Source of the DNA: an uncultured Alphaproteobacteria bacterium
GTDB taxonomy: Bacteria; Pseudomonadota; Alphaproteobacteria; Rickettsiales; UBA1997
Assembly: GCA_949298005.1 (NCBI GenBank)
Contig: CASFUN010000033.1
Location: 1-50,503 of the forward strand
Length of the DNA: 50,503 nucleotides
Direction: 5' to 3'
Shown piece by piece: positions 1-9,761 of the stretch; positions within the stretch are counted from its first letter, which is position 1; every line of letters begins with the position of its first letter. The notes beneath the pieces are model-generated. The model did not search any database, had not been told where the DNA came from, and worked only from the letters and a program-made list of their open reading frames with translations. The position numbers were made by a program, and so were the translations under genes.

Positions 1-134
1 ATTCTTCTGATATAACAGCTGTTTGTAAAAATATTTATTACTGTTTTTTCGTATTCTTTTAAATTTTGTATTAATCCACTCATGGAAAAACATATATCGT
101 CAAAGTGTGGGGATATAAAAAAACATTTATTCAT
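1..134 (-). CDS. PIG-L/LmbE-family deacetylase, N-terminal fragment (gene runs off the left edge)
   Basis: The reverse-strand ATG at 132-134 opens MNKCFFISPHFDDICFSMSGLIQNLKEYEKTVINIFTN.... The S-P-H-x-D-D motif right after the start is the metal-binding signature of PIG-L/LmbE deacetylases. The frame is still open at position 1. Confidence 0.5.
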   Translation of the reverse strand, partial: MNKCFFISPHFDDICFSMSGLIQNLKEYEKTVINIFTNSCYIRR

Positions 135-271
135 GTTAAATTTTGTAGTTTCTTCTTATTTTAGAAGAAATTTAAATAAATTTAAATAAAATGTATTTTA
201 TTATACTTAACTTGTATTTTTTACAATTTCACTTAATAATATAACTATGATATTTAAATTTTCTATCCAAG

Positions 272-1300
272 ATGAACAAAAATGAAATAATAAATAAATT
301 AAAAGAAGCAAAATTACTAGGAAAGGGTGGAGCGGCATTCCCAGTTGCAGATAAGTGGGAGGGAGTCTGGAATGCTGAAGGGGATATAAAATATATTATA
401 TGTAATTCATCAGAAGGTGAACTGGGTCTGTTTAAAGATTTGTATGTGTGGAGAAATTATATGGATGTAGTTTTTAGAGGTATAGAATATGGGCTTAAAT
501 TTTTAGGGAACGCGGAAGTATATATTCATATCAATCAAAATTACTTAAATGAACTACAACCACAATTATTTAAATATATAAATGATTATAAATGGAAATA
601 TAAATTTCATATATCAATAGAAAATCCATGTTATATTGGTGGTGAAGCTAGTGCTTTAATGAATATAATAGAAACTGGTATTGCCCAACCAAAGCCAAGA
701 ACACATAGGACTGTAGCAAAAGGCTTATTTGAAAAACCAACAATGATGCAAAATGTTGAAACTTTCTATGATATAGCGAATGTCTTAGATGGAAGATATG
801 ATTTTTGCCGTTTTTCTGGGATATTTGGTGATGACATTGATGGCAAGTTTGTTGTAAGACATAAAGTTGATTTGTCAATTTCTGATATCCTTAAGAATAA
901 CAATATTAAGCCAGATTTTGATTATTATGTCCAGATAGGTGGAAGTGCTTCCGGTCCAGTTTATAACTCGAAACAACTTGATGAAGTTATAATGTGTGGT
1001 GCTGGTTCCATAGAAATTTTTGACAAAAGTAAAAGAGGATTTTTGGAATTTTTAAAAAGATTAGGAAATTTTTACCAGAAGGAGGCTTGTGGTAAATGCA
1101 AAGGTAAAGAATTTGCTACGAGCCTAAATGGTATTATTTCATCATTAAACTCCAATAAAGAAGCTATAGAAAATATAGATAAAATGTTATTATTTATTAA
1201 TGACATGAGTAAAAAAACTTTCTGTAAATTATGCAAAAGTTTTAAAACGCCATTTATCAGCTATTGTAACAATGTTCTAGGCTTAAATATAGTAGAGTAA
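272..1300 (+). CDS. Stand-alone, divergent NuoF-like protein (complex I 51-kDa subunit family)
   Basis: Three motifs line up with the NuoF FMN/NADH-site motifs: GKGGAAFPVADKW with GRGGAGFxTGxKW, YIICNSSEGELGLFKD with CNADExEPGTxKD, and YIGGEASALMN...KPTMMQNVETF with YICGEETAL...KPTxVNNVET. The C-terminal EACGKCKGKE lies where the CxxCxxC cluster motif should be. No other nuo genes are adjacent. Confidence 0.6.
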   Translation: MNKNEIINKLKEAKLLGKGGAAFPVADKWEGVWNAEGDIKYIICNSSEGELGLFKDLYVWRNYMDVVFRGIEYGLKFLGNAEVYIHINQNYLNELQPQLFKYINDYKWKYKFHISIENPCYIGGEASALMNIIETGIAQPKPRTHRTVAKGLFEKPTMMQNVETFYDIANVLDGRYDFCRFSGIFGDDIDGKFVVRHKVDLSISDILKNNNIKPDFDYYVQIGGSASGPVYNSKQLDEVIMCGAGSIEIFDKSKRGFLEFLKRLGNFYQKEACGKCKGKEFATSLNGIISSLNSNKEAIENIDKMLLFINDMSKKTFCKLCKSFKTPFISYCNNVLGLNIVE

Positions 1301-1315
1301 AATTTTAAATGATTT

Positions 1316-2611
1316 CTAGTCTTCCACATTAACAACCGTCATTTTAGCACCACAGTTAGAGAGTTTTTCAACAAAGTTTTCATAACCTCTGTTAATGTGA
1401 TATGTCCTGCTTATTTCTGTTATTCCATTTGCCGTAAGACCAGCCAAAACCAAGGCCATACCAGCTCTAAGATCTGATGCCATAACATTAGCTCCAGAGT
1501 AATTTTTTACTCCATTAATTGTTGCTATATTTCCATTAACACTTATATTTGCTCCCAATCTATTTAATTCTGGTACATGCATAAATCTGTTTTCAAAGAT
1601 TGTCTCTTCTATAATTGAAGTTCCGGATATTTTGCCAAGAAGAGCCATAATAGCAGCTTGTGCGTCTGTCGGGAAACCTGGAAAAACTTGTGTAGTAATA
1701 TTTGTTGACTTTAGTGGCTTGTTATAAAATACCCTAATCTTATCATCACTTATTTGATCAAATCCTAAATCAATTGATTTTAATATTTCAATAGGTGTTT
1801 TAAGGGTGTTTTTAAAATCTATTCCGTCTAATATAAGATCACCTTCTGTAATAGCTGTTGCTACCATATATGTGAAAGCCTCTATTCTATCTCCCATAAC
1901 TTTATATTCGTTGTCATAAAGTTTATCGACACCGTTAACCACTATTGTTTCAGTACCTATACCAGATATATCTGCCCCAGAATTTACTAAATAATTGCAT
2001 AAATCTACAATTTCTGGCTCTTTTGCAGCATTTCTTATAACTGTTGTACCATTTGCTAAAGTTGCTGCCATTACAGTATTATGTGTAGCGCCAACTGATG
2101 GAAAACGTAGATTAACATCAGCTCCTTTTAATTTTTTATTCTTAGACTTTGTTTTAGCAATAACATAACCATTTAATACTTTAATATCAGCTCCCATTTT
2201 TTCTAGTGCATCTATATATATGTCACATGGTCTAGGGCCTATAGCACAACCACCTGGTAATGAAACTTTTGCTTCGCCAAATCTACTTAACAAAGACCCA
2301 AGAACCCAAAAAGATGCTCTCATTTTACTAACTATTTCATATGGCGCTTCTATTGTATTTATATTTGTTGCATCTACACTAAATAGCTTTTTACCATCCG
2401 CAGTACTATTATCTATTTCTAGAGAAGCTCCTAGGTGAGTTAACAACTCTATCGTTGTTGTTATGTCAGCTACTGAGGGAACATTAAAAATTTTAGATTT
2501 TCCTTCAATAAGTAAACTTGCCATAAGTATTGGTAAAGACGCATTTTTTGCCCCTGAGACATGTAGTAGGCCATTTAATTTGTTACCACCTTCTATAACA
2601 AGTTTTTTCAT
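1316..2611 (-). CDS. murA: UDP-N-acetylglucosamine 1-carboxyvinyltransferase
   Basis: 431 aa with full-length MurA-like sequence: MKKLVIEGGNKLNG...VSGAKNASLPIL, an active-site loop LPGGCAIGPRP and a C-terminal YHINRGYENFVEKL. Confidence 0.95.
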   Translation of the reverse strand: MKKLVIEGGNKLNGLLHVSGAKNASLPILMASLLIEGKSKIFNVPSVADITTTIELLTHLGASLEIDNSTADGKKLFSVDATNINTIEAPYEIVSKMRASFWVLGSLLSRFGEAKVSLPGGCAIGPRPCDIYIDALEKMGADIKVLNGYVIAKTKSKNKKLKGADVNLRFPSVGATHNTVMAATLANGTTVIRNAAKEPEIVDLCNYLVNSGADISGIGTETIVVNGVDKLYDNEYKVMGDRIEAFTYMVATAITEGDLILDGIDFKNTLKTPIEILKSIDLGFDQISDDKIRVFYNKPLKSTNITTQVFPGFPTDAQAAIMALLGKISGTSIIEETIFENRFMHVPELNRLGANISVNGNIATINGVKNYSGANVMASDLRAGMALVLAGLTANGITEISRTYHINRGYENFVEKLSNCGAKMTVVNVED

Positions 2612-2616
2612 ATAAT

Positions 2617-3135
2617 TTACTTTTTAGTTAATGAAGATAAAACGAAAAATAGTTTTTTTCCTTCCATTTGTGGTTTTGTATCTATTTTTGATACATCAGA
2701 TAATTCTTCTATTATTTTTAAAGCCATTTCTTCAACTAAATTTGAATGAGTAATTTCTCTTCCTCTAAATTGAAATGAAAACCTTACTTTATTACCTTGT
2801 TCAAAAAATTTTCTTGCTTGCTTTATTTTGGTATTATAGTCACCAGAAGCTATATTTAATGAAAGTTTAATCTCTTTTATTTCAATAATTTTCTGCTTCT
2901 TTTTTGCTTCAGCAGCTTTTTTTTGATTTTGGTATCTTATTTTTCCATAATCAGCTATTTTGCATACCGGAGGCTCTGAATTTGGTGAAATTTCCACTAA
3001 ATCTAATCCTTCCGCTCGTGCCATTCCTACGGCTTTAAAGGTTGAGGTTATTCCCAACATTTGGCCATCACTGCCTATTAATCTAACCTCTTTTGATTTT
3101 ATTTGTTCGTTTATATTTAATTCGTTATTTGCCAA
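2617..3135 (-). CDS. infC: Translation initiation factor IF-3
   Basis: 172 aa with IF-3 N- and C-domain sequence (INEQIKSKEVRLIGSDGQMLGI..., FRGREITH). The only usable in-frame start is TTG, which fits the atypical start codons known for infC. Confidence 0.9.
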   Translation of the reverse strand: MANNELNINEQIKSKEVRLIGSDGQMLGITSTFKAVGMARAEGLDLVEISPNSEPPVCKIADYGKIRYQNQKKAAEAKKKQKIIEIKEIKLSLNIASGDYNTKIKQARKFFEQGNKVRFSFQFRGREITHSNLVEEMALKIIEELSDVSKIDTKPQMEGKKLFFVLSSLTKK

Positions 3136-3353
3136 GTTTTCTAATTAGTTATTAAGCCACTAACATTAATTAAATGTTAATGTGATTAACTTAATAATAT
3201 TAAGTACTTTTTTTATTTCAATGAGTTTTGTTATAAGAATGGTAATAATTTATACTTTTTAGTTAGTACTAGTTATTTTTGTATAACATTTGTTTTTTAT
3301 TAAAAAAATTATTTAATATACTTATAAATGAGTTTACAAAACAACTATTAATA

Positions 3354-6300
3354 ATGGCAAAATTCATACATCTTAGAACACACACCGAATATTCATTATG
3401 CAGTGGAGCAATAAAGATAAAAGATTTTGTTAAACGATTAAAAGAACAAAATATACCTGCAGCAGCAATAACCGATACACATAATATGTTTGGTGCCTTA
3501 GAATATTCTATGGCTGCAACAAAAGAAGGTATACAGCCAATAATTGGTTGCGAACTTGTTTTTAATATGGGGAAAATGCTAAATAGAGATGGTGACATCC
3601 TATCCGACAGCAAGAGAGAAGATAAATTTTGTAAAATGGTGTTATTAGCTAAGGATGATCAAGGTTTTTTAAATCTAATTTCTATGTTAAGTCAGAGCTA
3701 TCTTAAAAGAGAGCAAAATATAAAGCCACATGTAAATATAGAAGAATTAATAGATAAGAAAGATGGAATTATCGTTTTATCTGGTGGAGTAGATGGGCCT
3801 ATAGGTAAAGCTTTGATTGATGAAAATTATAATTTAGCAAAAGACACTACTGATTTTTTTAAGACGAATGTTGGCGAGAATTTTTATATAGAGATTCAAA
3901 GACATGGACTTAAGGACGAGATTGCAACTGAAGATGCTTTCATAGATTTTGCGTATGAATATAATATACCATTAGTTGCAACAAATAATTGTCATTTTTT
4001 TACTAAAGAAATGTTTGAAGCGCAAGATGCACTTTCTTGTATAGCTGATGCTAGGTATGTTAGTGAGACAAGTAGACCAAAACTAACTCCAGAACACTAT
4101 TTCAAGTTAGAAGATGAAATGATAGAATTATTTAAGGATTTACCAGAAGCTATAGAAAATTCTGTTAATATTGCTTGTCAAATTAATACTATGGCTTATA
4201 GTAGAAAGCCAACCTTGCCACATTTTGATTTACCAAAAGGAGTTAGTGAATCGGAAGAAATGGCTAGAATAGCTAGAGAGGGGTTGGAAGAACGTATAAA
4301 ACAGAAATTTATACTAGACGATATTGTTGATTTGGATAAACAAAAAGAAATAAGAAAACAATACTTTGACCAATTAGAATTTGAAATAGGAATTATAAAT
4401 CAAATGGATTTTCCCGGTTATTTTCTTATCTGTGCAGATTTTATAGTTTGGAGCAAAACTCACGATGTGCCAATAGGGCCGGGTAGGGGGTCTGGTGCTG
4501 GTTCTATGGTTGCTTGGGCTATGAAAATAACAAATCTTGATCCAATAAAATTTAGCCTGTTTTTTGAACGTTTTCTTAATCCTGAAAGAGTATCTATGCC
4601 AGATTTTGATGTTGATTTTTGTCAAAGGGGTCGTGCTAGAAGTATAGAATATGTGCAAAATAAGTATGGTAAAGATAGTGTGGCACAAATTATAACATTT
4701 GGAAAATTACAATCTAAAGCTGTTTTAAAAGATGTAGGTCGTGTTTTAGAGATGGGTTATACCGAAGTAGATAAAATAAGTAAGACAATTCCTTTCGATA
4801 CTAGTCTCGAAGAAGCTTTAGAATTAGACTCTGACTTAAGGTCTAGAAGACAGAGTGATCCAGAAATTTCAAAATTATTTGACATAGCAATACAACTTGA
4901 AGGTTTAAATAGGCACTCTTCGGTTCATGCGGCTGGCTTAGTTATCGGTGATAAACCTTTAGAACAAATATGTCCACTGTATTTTGATGATTCTGCAGAT
5001 ATGCCTGTTGTTCAGTACAATATGAAATACTGTGAACAAGTTGGTTTAGTTAAATTTGACTTTTTGGGATTAAAAACTTTAACAGTTATAAAAGATGCTA
5101 TAGATTATATATGCCAAATAACCGGCAATAAAATAGATATTGATAATATAAGACTTGATGATAAGAAAACTTTTGAATTACTAAAAAAAGCTGATTCTCT
5201 GGGTGTATTTCAAATCGAATCTTCTGGTATGATTGGAATGCTAAAACAGATAAAACCAGATAATATAGAAGACATAATAGCTCTAATTTCTCTCTATAGA
5301 CCTGGTCCTATGGGTAATATTCCAACCTATATAAAAAGAAAACATGGACTAGAAAATGTTGAGTATATGCATCCAAAAATGGAGCCTATTTTAAAGGATA
5401 CCTACGGTATAATAATTTATCAAGAACAAGTTATGAATATAGCAAAAGTTCTTGCTGGTTATACACTAGGTGGAGCTGATTTACTCAGGCGTGCAATGGG
5501 TAAAAAAATAAAAGAAGAAATGGATAGACAAAGAAATGTATTTGTTAAAGGTTGTAAAGAATTCAGCGATATAGATGAGGAATTAAGCAATGATATATTT
5601 GATTTATTAGCAAAATTTGCCGAGTATGGCTTTAATAAAGCACATGCAGCTGCGTATGCTGTTATAAGTTATCAAACTGCTTATCTAAAGGTTCATTATC
5701 CGGTTGAGTTTATGACAGCAACCTTGAATATGGAGATAATAGATACCGACAAAATAAACTACTATTTACAAGATATTAAAAGACACAATATAAAAATATT
5801 ACCTCCGGATGTGAATTTATCAGATAATTTTTTTAAGGTTGAACTGATAGATAAAGTTGATGATGCTAAAGGAGATGAATATTATCATAATGGTAAAGAA
5901 TTGGCTATAAGATATGGATTATGTGCTATTAAAGGTGTAGGACAGGAAGTTATAGATATATTAGTTAATGATAGAAGAGAAAACGGAAATTTTAATGATA
6001 TATTTGACTTTTGTAGTAGATTGGGAAGTAAAGTTGTTAATAAAAAAACTATGGAGTCTCTGGCAAAGTCAGGTAGTTTTGATAAAATTCATGAAAATAG
6101 AAGGCAGATTAATGATTCTTGTGAAATATTGGGTAATTATGCAAAAACTTCAGAAGAAGAAAAATGTAGTCCACAGATAAGTTTATTTGATTGTTTTGAT
6201 AATAATAAGACTCTATTACCAAAATTGTGTGATGTCGGTGATTGGATTGGATATGATAAGTGCCAAAAAGAATTTGAAGCTTTTGGTTTCTATTTAAATA

Positions 6301-6977
6301 ACCATCCATTGGACACAATAAAAAGCGAATTAAGTTTGAAAGGTATAACATTTTTTGATGATATTGAAAAAAATGGTATTCAGGATGGTTCAATAATAAA
6401 AATTGCTGGAGTTATTATAAGTACGTCTATAAAGTCTAATGAAAGGGGTAAATATGCATATATTTCAGTTTCTGATCCAACTGGTTTAGTTGAGCTCACG
6501 CTATTTAATGGTGATATGATTACTCAGCGTAAAGATTGGCTTGATGATAAGGAGCATAGGCAGTTGGTTTTTGAATGTGGTGTTAAATTGGATGAGTCTG
6601 GTTTAAGATTGAATATAAAGGATTTTTGGTTATTAGATGATTATCTGAAGAATACAAATGAAGGAGTTGAGAAAGTTAAAATTATAAAAAGGTTCAATTT
6701 TGGTGATATTAAAAATAAAAAAGTAAGTGATTTTGTTGAGCATAGAAAGAATATTTTTATAAATAGTGCTGTAATTAAAATATCTGATGCAAAATGTGTT
6801 GCAGAATTACAAATGATACTTAATAAAACTAAAAATGATAGTATTGATAAATTTACTGATATTGAAATTGTTGTTGATGACCAAAGAATAAAATTGCCAA
6901 TGGAATTTTGTCTAACAGATATTGAGATAGGTAGGATTAAAAATACTTATGGTGTGGAAAATGTTGAATTTAGCTAA
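3354..6977 (+). CDS. dnaE: DNA polymerase III alpha subunit
   Basis: The PHP-domain N-terminus FIHLRTHTEYSL is followed by pol III alpha core motifs (GPGRGSGAGSMVAWAMKIT, PDFDVDFC, GLVKFDFLGLKTL). I start at the ATG at 3354 (MAKFIHL...). The track ORF's 25 extra N-terminal codons look non-coding. Confidence 0.95.
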   Translation: MAKFIHLRTHTEYSLCSGAIKIKDFVKRLKEQNIPAAAITDTHNMFGALEYSMAATKEGIQPIIGCELVFNMGKMLNRDGDILSDSKREDKFCKMVLLAKDDQGFLNLISMLSQSYLKREQNIKPHVNIEELIDKKDGIIVLSGGVDGPIGKALIDENYNLAKDTTDFFKTNVGENFYIEIQRHGLKDEIATEDAFIDFAYEYNIPLVATNNCHFFTKEMFEAQDALSCIADARYVSETSRPKLTPEHYFKLEDEMIELFKDLPEAIENSVNIACQINTMAYSRKPTLPHFDLPKGVSESEEMARIAREGLEERIKQKFILDDIVDLDKQKEIRKQYFDQLEFEIGIINQMDFPGYFLICADFIVWSKTHDVPIGPGRGSGAGSMVAWAMKITNLDPIKFSLFFERFLNPERVSMPDFDVDFCQRGRARSIEYVQNKYGKDSVAQIITFGKLQSKAVLKDVGRVLEMGYTEVDKISKTIPFDTSLEEALELDSDLRSRRQSDPEISKLFDIAIQLEGLNRHSSVHAAGLVIGDKPLEQICPLYFDDSADMPVVQYNMKYCEQVGLVKFDFLGLKTLTVIKDAIDYICQITGNKIDIDNIRLDDKKTFELLKKADSLGVFQIESSGMIGMLKQIKPDNIEDIIALISLYRPGPMGNIPTYIKRKHGLENVEYMHPKMEPILKDTYGIIIYQEQVMNIAKVLAGYTLGGADLLRRAMGKKIKEEMDRQRNVFVKGCKEFSDIDEELSNDIFDLLAKFAEYGFNKAHAAAYAVISYQTAYLKVHYPVEFMTATLNMEIIDTDKINYYLQDIKRHNIKILPPDVNLSDNFFKVELIDKVDDAKGDEYYHNGKELAIRYGLCAIKGVGQEVIDILVNDRRENGNFNDIFDFCSRLGSKVVNKKTMESLAKSGSFDKIHENRRQINDSCEILGNYAKTSEEEKCSPQISLFDCFDNNKTLLPKLCDVGDWIGYDKCQKEFEAFGFYLNNHPLDTIKSELSLKGITFFDDIEKNGIQDGSIIKIAGVIISTSIKSNERGKYAYISVSDPTGLVELTLFNGDMITQRKDWLDDKEHRQLVFECGVKLDESGLRLNIKDFWLLDDYLKNTNEGVEKVKIIKRFNFGDIKNKKVSDFVEHRKNIFINSAVIKISDAKCVAELQMILNKTKNDSIDKFTDIEIVVDDQRIKLPMEFCLTDIEIGRIKNTYGVENVEFS

Positions 6978-6978
6978 A

Positions 6979-7055
6979 TGGTGCATCCTGCGAGATTCGA
7001 ACTCACGACCCACAGCTTAGAAGGCTGTTGCTCTATCCAGCTGAGCTAAGGATGC
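6979..7055 (-). tRNA. tRNA-Arg (anticodon TCT)
   Basis: Reverse complement is gcatccttagctcagctggatagagcaacagccttctaagctgtgggtcgtgagttcgaatctcgcaggatgcacca. It folds as a 77-nt cloverleaf with anticodon loop ctTCTaa and CCA encoded. Its 3' end lies 1 nt beyond the dnaE stop. Confidence 0.9.
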
Positions 7056-7138
7056 GTTATTGTTATAATAATTTATACTTAAAGTAAGTCAACTTAATTT
7101 TTCAATTTTGTGGATTATTGTTTTTATGCTGTTATAAA

Positions 7139-7807
7139 CTAATACCTTTTATACTGTTGTAACCCATCCATAACTACATTAAATTCAGCTATTTTACCCC
7201 TAGTTATATTGTTTCTATCAACGTATCTTATATCAGCTGTTAGCATTTTTCTATCTTCTTCTGGATATGACATATAGATAGGATCATCAATATTTTTAGG
7301 GTTATCTTTAAAATATATTTCAGTTTCTATCAAGCCAAATTTCTTATGAGCTATTATAACATTTATATGTGGTGCTCTATCATCATAAAAGCCTGGAAAT
7401 ATAGTTATAAATTCATAATGACCTGTATTATCAGTTATTGATTGTCCAGACATTATAAAATTTTTATCTATATACTTACTATCTTTTGTTAATAATGAAT
7501 GATATTTACCTGCAGAATTAGTTTGCCATATCTTTATTATTACTCCCTCTATTGGAACACCAAACGCGTCTACAATTTTACCTTTTATATATAATGGTTC
7601 TCCTATAGCTAGTTTAAATGACCCAGTTTTTCTAGTTAAATTATTATTTTTATTAAATTCTTTCGGTTTTGAAAGGTTATCAAACATTAATGCTGATGGT
7701 GTTTGTTTAATTGGGTTAAAAATGTTATTAGTTTCTTGTTTCGTAGCAAATGCTTTATTGTTTATATAGGTAATAATAAATACAACAAAAACCATTGAAC
7801 GTTTCAT
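7139..7807 (-). CDS. Secreted intradiol ring-cleavage dioxygenase-like protein (protocatechuate 3,4-dioxygenase beta-like fold)
   Basis: An N-terminal signal peptide (MKRSMVFVVFIITYINNKAFA) is followed by IKGKIVDAFGVPIEGVIIKIWQTNSAGKYHS...GHYEFITIFPGFYDDRAPHINV. This matches the PcaH-type motifs WQxNxxGRYxH, PGxY and RxxHIH. Confidence 0.6.
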   Translation of the reverse strand: MKRSMVFVVFIITYINNKAFATKQETNNIFNPIKQTPSALMFDNLSKPKEFNKNNNLTRKTGSFKLAIGEPLYIKGKIVDAFGVPIEGVIIKIWQTNSAGKYHSLLTKDSKYIDKNFIMSGQSITDNTGHYEFITIFPGFYDDRAPHINVIIAHKKFGLIETEIYFKDNPKNIDDPIYMSYPEEDRKMLTADIRYVDRNNITRGKIAEFNVVMDGLQQYKRY

Positions 7808-7871
7808 AACTTATCATCTTTAGTTTATATTAAATTAGAAAAACTTTGTTATTTTGCAAGTTATTTATAAG

Positions 7872-8843
7872 TTATACCTTTAGATTTTCTAAGAGTTGCT
7901 GCATGTCATTAGGTAATTCCGTCTCAAACAACATTTGTTTATTTGTAATAGGGTGTACAAATGAAATTATCTTTGAATGTAAAGCTTGTCTTGGAAATTG
8001 TTCAATAAATTTCTTGTTTTCTTGATTTATATCTATTTTATTACTTATTTTTCTAGTATTTCCACCATATAATTTATCACCAATAAGCGGATGTTTTTTT
8101 GAAGAAAAATGCACTCTAATTTGATGTGTACGGCCAGTATCAAGCTCACATTCAACTAAGCTAGCTATATCTGAATATTTTTCTAATGTTTTATAATTTG
8201 TTTTAGAATATCTTCCAGAGGTACCTAAAATCATCTTTAATCTATTTGTTTTATGCCTAGAAATAAAGCCTTCTATAGTTCCGTTTAATGGTATCATAAT
8301 TCCCCATATTATGGTATGATATGTACGTTTTAATGTCCTACTTTCAAGTTGTTCTCTTAGATTGTTATGTATAGAATTATTCTTCGCTATTACTAACAAA
8401 CCGGATGTGTCTTTATCTAACCTATGAACTATACCTGGTCTATCATCTCCTCCGATATTAGATAAATTTTTGCTGTAAATATTAACTAAGGCATTTGCTA
8501 ATGTATGTTTATCATTTCCAGCACCTGGATGTGTTGATAGGCCAGCTTGCTTATTTATTACCGACAGATATTCATCTTCATAAACTATATTTAGTTTTAT
8601 ATTTTCTGCTAATATTTCATTATTATCTAAATTTATCGTAATTTCAAAATTGTCAAATGGATTTACAATATAATCTTGATTATATAAGGTAACCCCATTT
8701 TTTTTAACTAAACCATTTTTTATATGATTTTTTATTGTGTTTCTTGATATATTTAGTCCAGTGTTATTTTTGATAACTTCATCAAATATGAACTTATCGA
8801 GTCTTTTTCCAGAAAAGTTTGATTTAATATTGAATAAAGTCAT
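7872..8843 (-). CDS. rluD: 23S rRNA pseudouridine synthase, RluA family with N-terminal S4 domain (RluD-like)
   Basis: The catalytic motif HRLDKDTSGLLVIAK and TGRTHQIRVH are present, with an S4-like N-terminus. Confidence 0.85.
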   Translation of the reverse strand: MTLFNIKSNFSGKRLDKFIFDEVIKNNTGLNISRNTIKNHIKNGLVKKNGVTLYNQDYIVNPFDNFEITINLDNNEILAENIKLNIVYEDEYLSVINKQAGLSTHPGAGNDKHTLANALVNIYSKNLSNIGGDDRPGIVHRLDKDTSGLLVIAKNNSIHNNLREQLESRTLKRTYHTIIWGIMIPLNGTIEGFISRHKTNRLKMILGTSGRYSKTNYKTLEKYSDIASLVECELDTGRTHQIRVHFSSKKHPLIGDKLYGGNTRKISNKIDINQENKKFIEQFPRQALHSKIISFVHPITNKQMLFETELPNDMQQLLENLKV

Positions 8844-9536
8844 TTATACTATACTAATAATATTTTTTTCTATCAAATTATAGTTTATGTTTTCAATATT
8901 TAAACTATTTTTTATATCAAAATTCCCAACATTTGTTCTAACTAATTTGGAAACATATCCAAGAGCATTGACACTTTTTGCAATATCTATAGCTAAACTT
9001 CTAACATAACAACCACGGCCACATTCAACATAAAATTCAGTAGTATTATAGTTTTTAAATCCATGAAATTCTAATTTTGTTATTTCTATTTTTCTTGGTT
9101 GCATTTCAATAATATCACCTTTTCTTGCAAGTTCATAGGCTCTCTTACCGTTAATTTTTAAGGCTGAATACTTAGGTGGTATTTGTTCAATTATTCCTAG
9201 AAATTTCTTTATATTTCTACTTATTTTTTCTTCATCTGGTATAAAATTATTTTTTTCTTCTATTTTACCTTCGCTATCATATGTATCTCTAAATTCGCCA
9301 AAAGTTATACAAAATTCATAAGTTTTTTTGTGGTTCATCATGGATTCAACTTGTTTTGTAGCTTTATTTATGCATATAGGTAATACACCAGATGCTAATA
9401 GGTCAAGAGTTCCACCATGTCCAACTTTTTTAGCCTGTTTTATTTTTTTTATAATAGATACAATTCTTGTAGATGTGCAGCTAGTGGGCTTATTTATATT
9501 TAGCCAACCGTTCAGGTTCAGGTTATAGTTTTTCAT
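8844..9536 (-). CDS. truB: tRNA pseudouridine-55 synthase (short form without PUA domain)
   Basis: GWLNINKPTSCTSTRIV...VGHGGTLDLLASGVLPI is the TruB catalytic-Asp motif GHxGTLD. At 230 aa it ends just after the catalytic domain. Confidence 0.9.
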   Translation of the reverse strand: MKNYNLNLNGWLNINKPTSCTSTRIVSIIKKIKQAKKVGHGGTLDLLASGVLPICINKATKQVESMMNHKKTYEFCITFGEFRDTYDSEGKIEEKNNFIPDEEKISRNIKKFLGIIEQIPPKYSALKINGKRAYELARKGDIIEMQPRKIEITKLEFHGFKNYNTTEFYVECGRGCYVRSLAIDIAKSVNALGYVSKLVRTNVGNFDIKNSLNIENINYNLIEKNIISIV

Positions 9537-9761
9537 AGTTTATTTTGAATAATATTTTCTTTTAAGAAGAAATTAACTTAAATGATATTTTTATAAATTA
9601 AAATTTAAATATACTGTAGGGTTATCATCATTAAATAGTGTATAAAAGTATAAAATGAACAAATAGTAACAAATTTTTAGAAAAATGTAAAAATGATTAC
9701 GAAAATAACTAAAATACTGATATTAAATTTGTATTAAAATTAGTATCTAGAGTTATTTGAA

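Noticed and set aside
3279-3353. 25-codon N-terminal extension of dnaE in the track ORF, and the antisense ORF 3269-3613
   Set aside because: The conserved PHP-domain N-terminus begins right after the ATG at 3354 (MAKFIHLRTHTEYSL). The extension is AT-rich leader-like sequence.
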